A stretch of DNA of 64,000 nt from the human T2T-CHM13v2.0 reference genome, Homo sapiens. The notes beneath the pieces were generated by a model, which saw only the letters and a program-made list of their open reading frames with translations, was not told where the DNA came from and did no database searches. Shown piece after piece: positions 1 to 13,849 of this stretch. A program made the translations under genes and the position numbers. Numbering within the stretch: the stretch's first letter is position 1; each line of letters opens with the position of its first letter. The stretch lies in the NCBI RefSeq assembly GCF_009914755.1, contig NC_060933.1, one strand, 5' to 3'.

Positions 1-230
1 CTCATGGGATACAGTGAACTTGCTCATACATCAAGCACATTGCTACTACTAGCATCTGAGAAAGCTATCATAAAAAGACCCTCTATAACCAAGGAACTCT
101 TCACCCATGAAAGCACCAAGAGCTGAATTAGGCTACAATAAACTATAAACATTAAAGTGAGGCCCTTAAGGGTGGAAAAATAAATTTAAAAAAACACTGA
201 AACAAAAAATACATTTAAGAAAAAAAAAAC
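1..230 (+). mobile_element. L1 5'-region fragment (L1PB/L1M type)
   Basis: CTCTATAACCAAGGAACTC..GAAAGCACCAAGAGCTGAATTAGGCTACAATAAACTATA resembles sequence upstream of ORF1 in older L1 5' ends. Confidence 0.5.
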
Positions 231-237
231 ATTTTTA

Positions 238-1166
238 AGTGATAGCTGCCATAGAAGAGTGATTCCTCTGATGGATCTGGACAAAATATGTGGGAGATCT
301 TCTGGAAAGGACTCAGCATTTTAGATGTCATTAAGACCATTCTGGATTTATGAGAGGAAGTTAAAATATCAACATTAATAGGGGTTTGGAATAAGCTGAT
401 TACAACCCTCATGAATTACTTTGAGGGGTTAAAGAATCAACGGAGGAAGTAACTGCAGATGTGGTGAAAATAGCAAGAGAACTAGAATTATAAGTAGATC
501 CTGAAAATGTGACTGAATTTCTGCAATATCATGATAAATCCTTAACGGATAGGGAGTACGTCTTTACTCTTTATGGATGAGCAAAGAAAGCAGTGTTTTG
601 AGACGGAATCTACTCCTGTTGAAGATGTGAACATGGTTGAAATATCAAGAAAGGACTTACAGAAACTTACTTGATAAAGCAGTGGTGGGGTTTGAGAAGA
701 TTGACTCCAATTTTGAAAGATATTATACAGAGTTAAATGCTATGGGAAAGCATTACATGATAGAGAGAAATCTTTTGTGAAGGGAAGAGACAATAGATGT
801 GGAAAACTTTATTGTTGTCCTATTTTAAGTAATCGACACAGGCACTTCAACCTTCAGCAGCCACCACCCTAATTTGTCAGCAGCCATCAACATCAAGGCA
901 AGACCCTCCATCAGCAAAATTATTGATTAGGATTCACTGAAGACTCAGATGATCATTAGCACTTTCTAGCAATAAAGTGTTCTTAAATTAAGGCATGTAC
1001 ATTTTTATACATAATGCTATTACACACTTAATAGACTATAACATAATGTACAAATAAATTTTATGTGCATTTGGAAACAAAAAACTTATGAGACTCACTT
1101 TATTGTAATATTCCCTTTATTGCAGAGGTCTGGAATCAAACCCACAATATCTTCAAGGTATTTGTG
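238..1166 (+). mobile_element. Tigger1 DNA transposon, 3' ~0.9 kb (decayed transposase C-terminus and right TIR)
   Basis: Close match to remembered Tigger1 consensus (GATTCCTCTGATGGATCTGG, GAGGAAGTAACTGCAGATGTGG, GATTGACTCCAATTTTGAAAGA); ends ..AATATCTTCAAGGTATTTGTG then TA. Confidence 0.93.
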
Positions 1167-1169
1167 TAC

Positions 1170-2185
1170 CTATTTCCTGTGGATATGTAGTTAGGAAAGG
1201 AATTCCTAGGTCATGTTGTAAGTGCTATTCTTCTTCAGTAGATACTGAGGTTTTCCAGAGTGGTTGTACCATCCTAAAAATGCCCTGTGCTTCATTTATT
1301 AATTCTACCCACCACATCTCTTTTGTAGCTACTGATCCTTTTACTGTCTTTATAGTTATGCCTTTTCCAGAATGTCATACCATTGGAATCATACAGCCTT
1401 TTAAAACTGGCCTTTTCACCTGGTAATAGGCATTTTTTAGGTACCTTAATGCCTTTTTGTGGCTTAATAGCACACTATTTTTTCTTGCTGAATAATATTC
1501 CATTGTGTGGATGTACCCATTTTTGTCACATAAAATTTTATGCTTTGTTGTTAAGTGCACTTATGTTTAAGATTGTTATTTCTTCTTAGATAATTGACCC
1601 AATTGACCCACTTACTCTTTATGTAATGCCTCTGTTTATCTCGGACGAGCTTTCTTGTTCTAAAGAATCCTTTGTTTGAAAGTAATACAGTTACTCTAGG
1701 ATTTCTGATTTGGTTTGTACTGTATATCTTTCTCCACCCTTTCCTTTTTAGCCTAGCAGAGTCTTACATTTGCATATAAATACCAGAGCATGAGATCTTT
1801 CTGAGATCTTCACTGCTGAGAGCTTGGTAGTGTTCCTGGAATTAAGCCATGAAAGCATTTGAGGCCACCTAAAATTGAGGACCCAGAAATTTCCTACTCT
1901 CCTTCTTTCTACATTTAGCTTATTGCAATTCATCAATATTACAATTTAAGTGTTTATACTATTTCCAGGCTCCAGAAGTTTCTGCTCTCGGTAATCATAT
2001 CTCAACTGTGGGACTCTGAGTGTGTTTGCCTCTGCAAACTTCAAAATATTGATTTGTCCTGAAAGCTCAGATTTCAAATAGGTTCAGGAAAACTTGTTGA
2101 TTTTTAGTTTGTTCAACTGTTTCTTATTGTAAGAACAGGAATAATGACTTCCAAAGTTTTGCATGTCAGAGCTAAAACCAGAAGG
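1170..2185 (-). mobile_element. Old L1M (L1MC/MD-like) fragments: 3'UTR, ORF2 start and 5' tip
   Basis: TGCCTTTTCCAGAATGTCATA..GGAATCATACAG (3'UTR), TATGTAATGCCTCTGTTTATC (ORF2 start), CATGTCAGAGCTAAAACCAGAAG (5' terminus), all antisense. Confidence 0.65.
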
Positions 2186-2784
2186 TATGTTTCATTTCTT
2201 TTTCCTTTTAATATTTTAACTTTCATTTTGTTTTCTTTTTTCAGTTTTATTTTTTCTAACTTCTTATTTATCTCTTAAAGTCTTGTCATTTTTACTTTTG
2301 CATGTGGTAATGTCTTGAGGGGAAAAACCCAGCAGGTCTGGCTTAATTTTCTGGGTTTCCTTCTTGTTAGGAACTTGGATCCTCAAGCCCAGCTGCCTTG
2401 ACAAATTCAGACTCCATTTTCTGTCCCCCTATCCTTTTGAGATTGCCAAAACATCTGATTGTTTTCCTGCCTCTTAACCTTGACTTCCTGTTAGTATCTT
2501 CAAACTTTTGCTATGATCTCCAAATTGCCAAATGCTTTGAGAGGAAATATGGCTTCTAGAATGTTGGTTCATAACTTTCTGGTTACTTTTTCCCTTGAAT
2601 TTTGTCCATTCAAATTCTGAATTTTTTATTGATATTTTGATGCCTTCATTCAGATGTTTTTACTATTTTTAAAATATTTTATTTACCTTTTATAATTATT
2701 CTTGGTGTGTATGTTCTGCCATAAATTATTTCACTTCAGCCAGAAATAGATACTTAGTATAAATTTTAGTTGAGTAGAAACAGT

Positions 2785-2915
2785 CATTATTTTTCTCATT
2801 TTGAAGATTGACATTGAACCTTAGAGACATAGAGAGATATGTCTAAATTCCCCTAGTTAACAAGAATCTGGGCTAGATCAGGAAACCATAGTTTGCTAAG
2901 TTTAACCTAGTGTTC
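2785..2915 (-). mobile_element. MIR SINE fragment
   Basis: Degenerate antisense MIR core (CTCATTTTGAAGATTGACATTGAACCTTAGAGA). Confidence 0.55.
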
Positions 2916-3199
2916 TCTATACCAATTTCAGGCCATTTTAATTTCAGCTGATCGACCAGTTATTGACCTAGTGGAAAAATACATATGAGACTATAAATTA
3001 CTATCTACACATCATGGTATGAAAATAAAATTGGAATAAAGTGGATTCAGTGACAGAAATAGTTAGTTTTATAAAACTCAAATAGTATATTTCTTTTTCT
3101 CTTCTTGGTAGGGTTGTCCTTTTAAGGATCTCAATTTTTCTCTCATATTTCTATCACATAACAGGTAGTACTTTTTGCATTGTGTTTAATATTAAACTT

Positions 3200-3825
3200 T
3201 TTGTTCCAAAACAAAATCTTGCCTCAGCACTCCATACTCACATGAATAATTGTCTACTTAATATTTCCACTTCAATGACACTCAGATATTTCAAACTTAA
3301 ACCAAATGTTATGAATTCTCTACTCCAGCTTTCTCATCTCTATTGCTGAAGCTGGAAATCTACGAATTGTCCTTGATTTTTTATTTCCTTCTCACATCAC
3401 ATCTATGCATCTCTAAGTCCTTTTTCTATTTTCAAAGTATATTTCAAATCAATCTATTTTTTTATATGCCCACTGTCACATTCAAGTCCAAGTTTATGTT
3501 ATCTCTGCTTTCCAATAGGTTTCTAACTCATCTCCCTGCCTCAATTTCTGCCCAATTTATTCTCATAATAACCCTTTTACAAAAACACAAACGTGATCAT
3601 ATATCTCACCTACTTAATATTGCTTTATTTAGAATAGGAAATGAAAAGTGCTGTTTCACTATTTGGAATGTATCTGTTTGTCCACTGTTCATTATCAAGT
3701 TCTACTTCTAGACAGTAAATCCTGACAGGACAGGGTCTGGTCTGTTATGTGCATCATCCTCTGCCTGGTACTTGCATCCTAGAGGTCCAGCAAATATCAC
3801 CTGCATGAATAAATAAATAAATAAC
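3200..3825 (+). mobile_element. L2 LINE 3' fragment
   Basis: L2-like body; 3' end TAGACAGTAAATCCTGACAGGACAGGG..AAATATC..TGAATAAATAAATAAA. Confidence 0.7.
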
Positions 3826-5339
3826 TTGTTTTTTGGATGTGTGTGTATATACAAATTTGGGTCCACTTCTGAAATGCGACTTTCTGGAACAAAAAGATAT
3901 GCCTTTATTTCTTGCTATTTTACTATCTAACTCAGAGACTGGGACACTGTACATCTTAAAACATGTTCATGGGGCCAACCTTTTCCAAATGACTAACTGT
4001 ACCTGGGCAGTGCTGAAAACACACTCACATTTTTCCTGTAAGTTCCTTTTTTGTCATTTATGCAGAACACTTGTGTTATTATATATTGCCAATTTTATTA
4101 TTTTAGACCTGCAAGTTATGGTGGAATTGATTGACCTTTATATTTTGGTTACTCTAGAATTATTGGTACTCACAAATAGGCCTTAAAGTTACACTAATTA
4201 TACTCCTGTGCTTAGATTCATAGACATGTTCAGTTATATTGTGTTTTCCATATTGAATCCTGGAAAACCTGTTGTTTTGGCTAGACCCATGGGCAATATC
4301 ACTAACACAATTATCAAATGCATTTTAAGGAAATTTCTTTTTAACAGCCAATTGGCTTCAATATATCTATTGAATTGAATTAAAATCTACTTTGTGTCAA
4401 ATACATTCTCTTGGTTTTCATATCAAGGGTTGGCAATTTCTGATATTGTTCCTAATTTTAAAGACTGCCGATAACTAACCTTAGCACCTTATGTGGTGGG
4501 CTGAGAGATGAGGTAAGAACGGTCAGAAATTTGCACTTGATGTGTTGCCTACAGTAGGTCTGGAGATGGAGAAACGGACCTGCATATATTATTTTATTTG
4601 TTGGGGAAGGCAGAGTCTGATCACATTCTAGGAAAGAAGCCTCAAACTTAAATGTCTAAAGGGCTATGTAAGTGAGAGAATGAGACCAGTGGGTACTTTG
4701 GTGAATGGACAGTACACATTTCACCTAAAAGGACATGATTTATACTTAGCTCCAGTTGGTAAGAGCCAAAGCAAGAATGGGACCCCTATATCATTATCTC
4801 TGAGACAAATGTTCTCAGACTGTCAGATTCCAACATCTGATGCAGGTGAACAGGGAAACAGGTCCTGCTGAACTTTGGGGGATCTTAGCCAGTGTACAAG
4901 GCACAATCCTAAAATGATAGCTGTTAGTTGGAAAGTTGGCAATGTAGATGTTAGATCAAACAACAAAAATAATCAACGAGGCCAGTCCACTGAAGAAGAG
5001 TCTAAAAACATTAAAAAAATAATGCTTCATTCTGAGAAGAAGAGATACCTGTAAGTCAGGAAAAGTCTAGAAATAGAGAATCTGAAAAAAAAAAAAGCAG
5101 AACTAATTATTTAAATTTAAACAACCGCTTATTGAGTATTTACTTTGGAAAAGACTCTGTGCTAAATTTACCTGCAACAAAATTTTACTATTATGTCCGG
5201 TAATTTTGCTAGTGCATTCTTTGATAATTTCAAAAATAGAGTAGTAGTGCTATAATAGCAGAAATGGTAGCACTTGTAGAAACGTCTTTTATTTGTATAG
5301 ATCATTATACTTTGTACAAAATTTTACTTCTTGTCTTAA

Positions 5340-5510
5340 CTCTCAGCAGAATTGTAAGAAAATCAAGGCAAATAATACAACCCCCAGTTTGTACATGAAG
5401 AAAGAGATGTTCAATGGCATTGAGTGACTTACTCATAATCATGTAGCTATTAAGTGGTGGAGTCTGTAACAGAGCAGGGATATCCTGGATCCAGTCTGTT
5501 GCTTCATCCT
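5340..5510 (-). mobile_element. MIR
   Basis: Antisense core GAGTGACTTACTCATAATCATGTAGCTATTAAGTGGTGGAGTC. Confidence 0.65.
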
Positions 5511-5724
5511 GCACGATGCCATTTGATTTCTCACTCCAATTTGTGTTGTTCTGGAATACAATGCTCTTGTCTTACTCTCTGCTTCAAACCTTTAATTAAG
5601 ACATTCTTCTGATTCTCTGGTGGGTTCCAGTAGCCTGCCCCTCATTCCATCATTTTTTCACTTCTTCCAGACTCCTGTTTTTGATTCAGGACATGTTAGT
5701 CCCTGGTTCCCTAAAAACAATTCA

Positions 5725-5940
5725 ACACAATGGGAAATCAACTGACCCAGGAACCAAGAAGCCTGAGTTCTGCCTCTCATTAGCTAGCTGTGTGACACAT
5801 GTAACCTCTTTGATCCACACTATCCTCACCCAAAGAAGAGGACCAATGAAAACTACCTCACTGAGTTCTTTAGAAAATTAAGATGTTATGTGTGAATGCA
5901 TTTTGTAAATTTTAGAGTTACCTAAAGTTGAAATTTTTAT
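5725..5940 (+). mobile_element. MIR
   Basis: CCTGAGTTCT..TAGCTGTGTGAC..TAACCTCTTTGA..CTACCTCAC. Confidence 0.7.
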
Positions 5941-6561
5941 TAACTAACATCATTGCCATTCCCAAAGCTTCTTATATTTTTATGGATAAGCAACAGTTCC
6001 TGCCAAACCAGAAGGTATAATTTCTTGGGTTCTAGAATACTGTTCATTTCTACCATTTCTACCTCTTTCAGGTATATGCCAGCACCAGGAAGACAAGAGC
6101 TATAAACAACTCATTTTAGATTCAGCCAGAGTGTTTTCTCTGTCAGGATAAAACGCAGCATGACTACCCTGCACAGTCCTATGGATCCTGAATGTATCAA
6201 TTAGGAATACAGCAGATACACTGTATAAAGACAAGGAAGGCATCACTGATAACCTTGCTGGATAACCCTGTAATCTATACTCTACTGATCCCAATGCCTG
6301 ATTTATTGAAATGAAGGATGCAAGTGGTTCTTGGACAGGCCTATTCCTTGGACATGATTGGTGATCACAGAAGAAAAGACTATCTCTTATGTTTAATTTC
6401 ATTTGGGTACCTCCAGAGTAGAACAAGAGTTCTTCCACCTCCACACTTCTTTCCTTTCGTTCCTCCAAAAGCATAAGGAATCCTTAATAACAAATATCTG
6501 AAATGGGAATAGAGTTTGAAAATTAAAGTTCAAGTGTTATAACAACTACTTTTTTCTCTTT

Positions 6562-6562
<1 letters not shown>

Positions 6563-6610
<48 letters not shown>
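6563..6610. repeat. (AC)24 microsatellite
   Basis: Perfect dinucleotide run read directly. Confidence 0.98.
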
Positions 6611-6614
<4 letters not shown>

Positions 6615-6759
6615 TTTAGGATGTTAGGAAGGACTGAATTATTGTGTCTGCCCTATTCAATTATGAGACTTGGCTGCACTCATACAGTGACTTAGCAATT
6701 GTTCTGCAAATGCAGTAATAATGCCTGCACAGGTTGCCTTCAGATTTAAATAGGCTTGT

Positions 6760-7363
<604 letters not shown>

Positions 7364-8285
7364 TTAAGGAATGCCATTGCTGAATAAGTGATGCAAGGTT
7401 ATATAATCAGAAAATGACAGAGCTGATTCTTCATACTGGATCTTTTGACTCCAACATTCATGCTATTGCTACAGTTTTACAGTCTCCCCTGGAACTTGCA
7501 CCTCTGCTGGCCTTTTATGCTATAAAGTTTGTGAAATAAACATATCATGAATGACTTAAATTGCTCTTCACATATTGTTTGATTAGAAAGGAAGTACACA
7601 CTGTTATGATAGAAATAAAATGTATGTAGACTGGGAATCTCTTATTTCAAAGGCTGCCAGTATACACAAATAAATAAATCTCATTGACATACAATTTCGC
7701 AAGGCACAGTGACACTTTGGGCAGGACAGCAAAAATGAGAAAAGTCCTTTCTCTGACTATAATATTATAATAAAAATTTAAAGATAATACTATTAATAAT
7801 AATCATATAAATGACATTTTACAGTACTTTGCAATTCATAAATCTGTTTCAAAACAATTAAATTGGCCATGATGGGGTAGCTGGTACTGGACTTACTTTC
7901 CATTATAAACACTAACAAAACCTGAAAAAAATACGAAAACAACCCAAATAAAAATGGGCAAAGTATTTGAATAGGCACTTTAAAAAATAGGATATCTTAA
8001 TGGTTGATAGATATTTATCTTTCATACTTGTTATACACCAGGGAACTGCAAATTTAAACCTAAATGAGATGCCACTGCACAATCACTAGAATGACAATTG
8101 AAAAGACTGACATTATCATTTGTTAGTGAGAATGTAGAACCCCTGGAACTCTCATGTATTGCCAGTGGAAGTGTAAATAGTTTTATCCACTTTGCCAGTA
8201 CATTCTGAAACTAGATTTGATTGGTGACCTAACAATTTCACTCCTAGGTATATAACCCCTCAAACCTACCCAAATGTCATAAACA

Positions 8286-8286
<1 letters not shown>

Positions 8287-8328
<42 letters not shown>
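8287..8328. repeat. (AC)21 microsatellite within L1ME
   Basis: Perfect run read directly. Confidence 0.97.
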
Positions 8329-8330
<2 letters not shown>

Positions 8331-8637
8331 TGTACAAGGATAGCTATAGCAGCAGTATTTGTAATATCCCTAACCTGGGAATAAAATGAATCCATCAATA
8401 AGAGAATAAATAATCTGTAGTATATTCCAGAGCAAACTATGACATAGCAACATGGATGAATTTCAAAAACATTGTGTCGAGCAAAAGAAGCTGGACATAA
8501 AAAGTATATACTGTATAATTCCTTTTATATGAAGTTCAAGACTATGCAAAGGGAATCTGGTTGATAGAAATAAGAATAGTGGTTACTAAGAGGAAGCAGG
8601 CATGAAATTTGCTAAGAAAAGACATGGCAGGGAGTCA

Positions 8638-8734
8638 CAAATATTGCATGGAACATATATTAACACATGGTTTTTTATATGATATTCAACTGTAAGTGGG
8701 TGTCTCATTTTTTATTTGCTAAATCTGTAACATT
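8638..8734 (-). mobile_element. MER53 half element inserted in the L1ME 3'UTR
   Basis: CAAATATTGCATGGAACATA..TTTTATTTGCTAAATCTG matches one arm of the MER53 at 35254-35442. Confidence 0.7.
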
Positions 8735-9180
8735 ATTGGGACAACCTTTTGGGGTTATGGAACTATTCTATATCTTGATCTGGCTTCATTTACCTTTATA
8801 CTTTAGATTTAGGTACTTAGTTGCATACACATTTATTTCAATAAGCATGTGAAAAAAAGTAAAACTATAACAAGAAAAATTAAATTAAAAAATTAACTGT
8901 ATCAGTTGATTATCTGAACAGTACTTTGATTTACTCACTAAGCCATTGATAAAAAAAAAAAAATCTAGAAGTTGTTAAATGGCTTTCTTGAGGTCACTTC
9001 ACAAATAGTAGAACCAAGCCTGGGATCCAAGTCATTTGATTCTGTCACCAGGGTCTGAGCCTGTCATGAGCATGGCTAAACCTGGTAAGAAGGTAATCTT
9101 AGTGAATTTGGTGAGGAGTGCTTCAAATTCCCCTATAACCAAATATATTTTCTCATTGTCCTCTCTTATGCCTAGTATGT

Positions 9181-9450
9181 ACTTTGGGAGGCCAAGGCGG
9201 GTGGATCACGATGCCAGGAGTTCGAGACCAGCCTGGCTAACATGGTGAAACCCCATCTCTACTAAAAATACAAAAATTAGCTGGGTGTGATGGTGGGCGC
9301 CTATAATCCCAGCTACTCAGGAGGCTGAGACAGGAGAATCGCTTGAAACCAGAAAGCAGAGTTTGCAGTGATCTGAGATCAGGCCTCTGCACTCCAGCCT
9401 GGGCAACAAGAGCAAAGCTCAATCTCAAAAAAAAAAAAAAAAAAAAAAAA
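9181..9450 (+). mobile_element. 5'-truncated AluS
   Basis: Starts at ACTTTGGGAGG (~35 bp missing), both arms, A24 tail; no clean TSD. Confidence 0.95.
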
Positions 9451-9859
9451 TTAAACTAGGTAAAGTACATAGATTGGCAACCCGTTAGTTATCATAATCC
9501 TGTCATCTAAATTTGAATCTTGCTAATCAGTAAGATTTATATGTAACTATATTGGATTGGATCTCAAAAATCATCAGTTCTGCTTATAGTTCTGCCTTTA
9601 GGAACCTACATTGTCCTGGGGGAAAGTCTTTTCTTGTCCTTGGATACTGTTCATTCACATGTAAAGTTAAGTCACAGGGAATATTCATCAAGTCTATCTA
9701 GCTTATACATTACATGATCTATAAACTGCGGATATCACAAGTCATCTCATGACATGGAATGAAGACAGAAGGTTGTGCTTTGCTAATGAGCATAGTTTGA
9801 TGCAGTCTGAATGAGAATGTGGGGACACCGGGTTGATAAAGATAATGAAAACCACTTGG

Positions 9860-10065
9860 CTTAGACCTTACAGTGTGCCTTATGATTGACAAGTGCTATT
9901 TTGATTAATCTTCTCAACACCTTGTTTATAGGTATTAATATATGACTTTATAGAAAGGCAAACTAAGTATTAGAAATGCTAAATAACCTAACCAAGATTA
10001 CACAAGTAGTAAATGGCGTAGACAGGCTGAGAACACAAATCACTGTCATTTAAGCTATATTGTCT
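9860..10065 (-). mobile_element. MIR
   Basis: AAACTAAGTATTAGAAATGCTAAATAACCTAACCAAGATTACACAAGTAGTAAATGGC. Confidence 0.7.
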
Positions 10066-10471
10066 CTCTAAATAGAATTCCTGTGGCCATGGTCTTTTGC
10101 TACATCTTGTTTTCAAGTAAATGAAAAAGAGGGAAATAAATAGTTCATTATACTCTATCTTTTCTGAGATTAAAAAAAACTTTGGCAGTGTTTATAGAAG
10201 AAGCTGTGAGTAGCACATTGAGGGTCTCCATAGTTACAATAAAAACTGTGGGGAGAGAAAAAATTGATGGAAGAGATTGACATAAAAGGTCAGTAGAAGT
10301 AAGAATTGAGAACTTATTGGAGAAAAAAGAGGATATTAAACTGAGGAAGAAAGAACTCAAGAGAAATATGACCACTTCCTGTAAGTATCCGTAGGTTTGC
10401 CATGGGAAAGATGAAGACTATAATGTCCAGGGTGACCCAAAAGCACGGCTAACACCAAAGAGAGGTGATTG

Positions 10472-10697
10472 ATGTATCAGAGTGATTAAGAACACAGAAT
10501 AATACTGGAGTTAACCCCAGCTATGGCACCTGTATACTACGGGATGTTTCTCAAAATTCCCAAGCATCAATTTTCCCATATGTAAAATGAGGATAAAAAC
10601 ACCTACCTGAGAGTGCCATTGTAAGAATTAACAGACCAAATATATGTGAAACAATGTACAGTGTCTGGCTTATAGTAAAGATTAATTAAATGTAGTC
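10472..10697 (+). mobile_element. MIR, near full length
   Basis: GTGATTAAGAACAC..TGTAAAATGAGGATAAAAACACCTACCT..CAGTGTCTGGCTTATAGTAA. Confidence 0.8.
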
Positions 10698-11805
10698 CTC
10701 CTTCCTGCAATGTATTTGCTCCATACTCTCAAATCTTTCCCTTTCTTTTCCCACTCCTTTGTTCCCTCTATCTTCTTTTTGTTCTTCCCAATTCTCATTC
10801 TTATTCCTATTCTCTGTTCTCCCCTACTCATTATTTTACTTTTCCTTCTTAGGAAATCACATATAACCACCAATGTGAAGCAACTATTGATCCCAAAGCA
10901 CAATTTTTTTTTTCTGAGAAATTCTAATAAATGGTAGGGCTTAATTTTGGAAGAAGCTGTCTCAAGTGTTACAGTACTCCATCATTGTCATTAAGATTAT
11001 CCAAACTCAGCCAGCTTAAGCCCAGATGAAGAATGAGGTAGATGGATATTCTTAGAGTACAGTATTGATCAAAACAAACAAATACATGAAAATAAAAATC
11101 CACCAATATTGTTTATAGAGTAAAATATTTAATGAGGTTTTACTATATAATGAATGGAATTTCAGTTACTTAGATATAGTTAAGAAGAATAGAAGCCATT
11201 TCCACACTTAGAGAGGTTTAAGAATGAATGTCAGAGACAAAATCTAAAGTTAAGCTTCAGGGTCCTCATTTATGTGAGTTCCTTCTCAATGCCTGAGAGT
11301 TAATAATAATTTACATTGTTCATATCCTTCCCTTACAACTCCCACACCGTCACACAGCTCCTTGTACTAGGTGTTTTTGGAGTAGCCATGAGAAGTTTTG
11401 CCTAATAATAGGCAAATAATTTGAGTTTAATGGATCACTTGCATACTATTTGCAAATATTCAAGCTGGTCTGTGACGAATAGGAGTTTACTGGCTTGAAA
11501 CGTGAAAGAGGGAAATCACAAAAGAAAATGTTTAGATGGGATGGATGAATACTGGACAGAAAGATGAAGATGATGGGACTTGAAGTTGAGAAGTTTAGTT
11601 AGAGCTAAATTGTGCATAAAAGGTCATGGTCAGTAAAAGGATACATGTTGCCAAAGGAATTTTTAAGCAGGGGAATTATAAGAGGGTAACAGAATGTCAT
11701 ATAATGGGAATGGGCCATATCCTGGATTCATATCCTATATCTGTCCTCTCTAGATGCGTAAGCTGGTGAAATATGCTTAAGTTTACATCTAACTGGGGGA
11801 TAAAT

Positions 11806-12010
11806 TAGCATAATGATTGAAAGAATGCGCGCTTGAGTCTGCCAGCCTGGTTCTGAAGCTTGGCTTCATCATTTGCCAACTTTGTGATCATGAAAAGGTT
11901 TCCTAATATCACTGACTCTTAAGTTCTCTTCACCCGAAAAATGGGCATATAGAAAAACACAAAACAGCCTGTAATTCTTAGCATGGATTAAATAGGTAGG
12001 GAATGTAAAG
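11806..12010 (+). mobile_element. MIR
   Basis: TAGCATAATGATTGAAAGAATGCGCGCTTGAGTC..CCTGGTTC..TGTGATCATGAAAAGGTT. Confidence 0.7.
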
Positions 12011-12069
12011 GTTCTGGCCAAATGGGAGGCTTGATTATTCCACTTGAGGTTTTCCTTCTATAAAATTTA

Positions 12070-12381
<312 letters not shown>

Positions 12382-13849
12382 GATTCCTCTTTCATGGCAG
12401 AGAATTAAATCAAAGAAGGCAAGATGAGAATTCTAGTTAAGAGAAACCAAAGTTTACACAAAGATTTGAGCTATAGGAATGTGTGGAATGGAGAATGGAT
12501 TTTAGAGGTGAAATAATTAGGCTTTATATTTGGTTGCATAGGCAATTTGAGAAGGGGAGGGAAGGTCACTAAGAAGGGACAGAGGCTTTTATCCTCTATT
12601 GCTGGAGTTGGCAGTGGCTTAAAAATGATGTGGTTGAAAAAAGGAAGAGCTTTATCAAACTTTTTTTATACAAATGAAAGAAAACATTTGGAAGGATAGT
12701 AGTGTTTCACAATCCAAGGAAAAGGTCAACAGCCACATCTGAGGAATAAGGCAGTTCCAGTGTAAAAATAATTATTCACTATCCCTTAAATAGGTGATTT
12801 ACTACAAATATGACTTGGTTCCCCAGTGTCCTAGTCTCTCGTATCTTATTTGAAATTATTAGAAGAGATAGACTGATAGGCCATTGGCCAGACTATTATG
12901 TCTTTGAGCCAGATATTCAGCCATATGGGAAGTGGAAGGAATTCACAGAAAAGAGAAAGGACCTACTAAAGGTGGCAATGTTATTAATTTTGAATAAGCA
13001 AATTGTGTCATAGGAGCAGGAAGAGAGAAATGGAAATGAAGTACCTTCCAATTCTAAAGCCAGACAAAACAATGCAAGTTCAGACTCAGTATTTGCTGCC
13101 TTCTTTGGATGTCATCTCTGACACTTATCTTATTCACAAAAATCATATTTATTTGGTCCTGGTTTATCCACAACATCCACCTCAGGAAGACTTCTCAGCA
13201 CTCACAAATGTGAAACTGTAATAACCTGGCAGGTGAATCTGAAATTGCTCTCATTAAGAGAATCAAAGAGATCTTCTGAACCTCCAGCTCACATCGGTAC
13301 AAGTTGTTTCTTTTGTATAAGAACAGTCAACAAGTGCAGTTGCTTACAAACTGATATGTGACCTGTTAGCATAACCCAGACTTATGAAAGAGTCACTGTA
13401 ATTATGTGCTTATTGGCATTTTGGAGTTTCAAGTCACTGGGATCTGGGATGAAGTGCTGTGGTTAGGATTCCACCTCGCAATGGCAGTAAGTTGTCCACC
13501 TCGCCATCACTGGTTTCTAAGCAACCTGCTTAAAGAGCTGCCCTTACTTCCAGGTCACAGATTGAGTTGGAAAACTGTATATAAGAATTACAAAGAAAAG
13601 TAATTGCAAGAAAGAGAAGAAGGTCACAGACATTTGTTTCTCCTGCCAGGTTCTCTTAATAGGCTTTCTGAAATTTGAGGGTCATACTGGCTGAGAGAAC
13701 CTCTCAGAGGCAGAACAGAGATGGGCAATATTGCTTGACCAATGAAACAGTAGGAGTGCCTGGCAAAAAGTTTCTGTAATTTATACTGAGCTTCTCATGT
13801 AAAGCACTTAGGAAAGAAAAAAAAAAAGCACCAACTGTTTTATCAGCAG

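Larger units (their letters stand above)
7864..8850 (+). mobile_element. L1ME-like element (5' tip fused to ORF2 end and 3'UTR)
   Basis: AAAAATGGGCAAAG..CTGGAACTCTCATGTATTGCCAGTGGAAGTGTAAA..ACATGGATGAATTTCAAAAACATT..GAATAGTGGTTAC. Confidence 0.8.

Noticed and set aside
4625-4920. Possible ancient hAT element (also 11230-11430)
   Set aside because: Only faint resemblance; could not assign family or termini by eye.
6040-6330. Strong plus-strand acceptor at 6071 followed by exon-like sequence
   Set aside because: Stops in all frames within ~80 nt and no convincing donor; the pyrimidine tract partly comes from a 9-bp tandem duplication.
9070-9130. ~38-bp inverted similarity to 30711-30750 (ACCAAATTCAC core)
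   Set aside because: About 9 mismatches, and the second copy is inside L2; best explained by shared L2 ancestry or chance.
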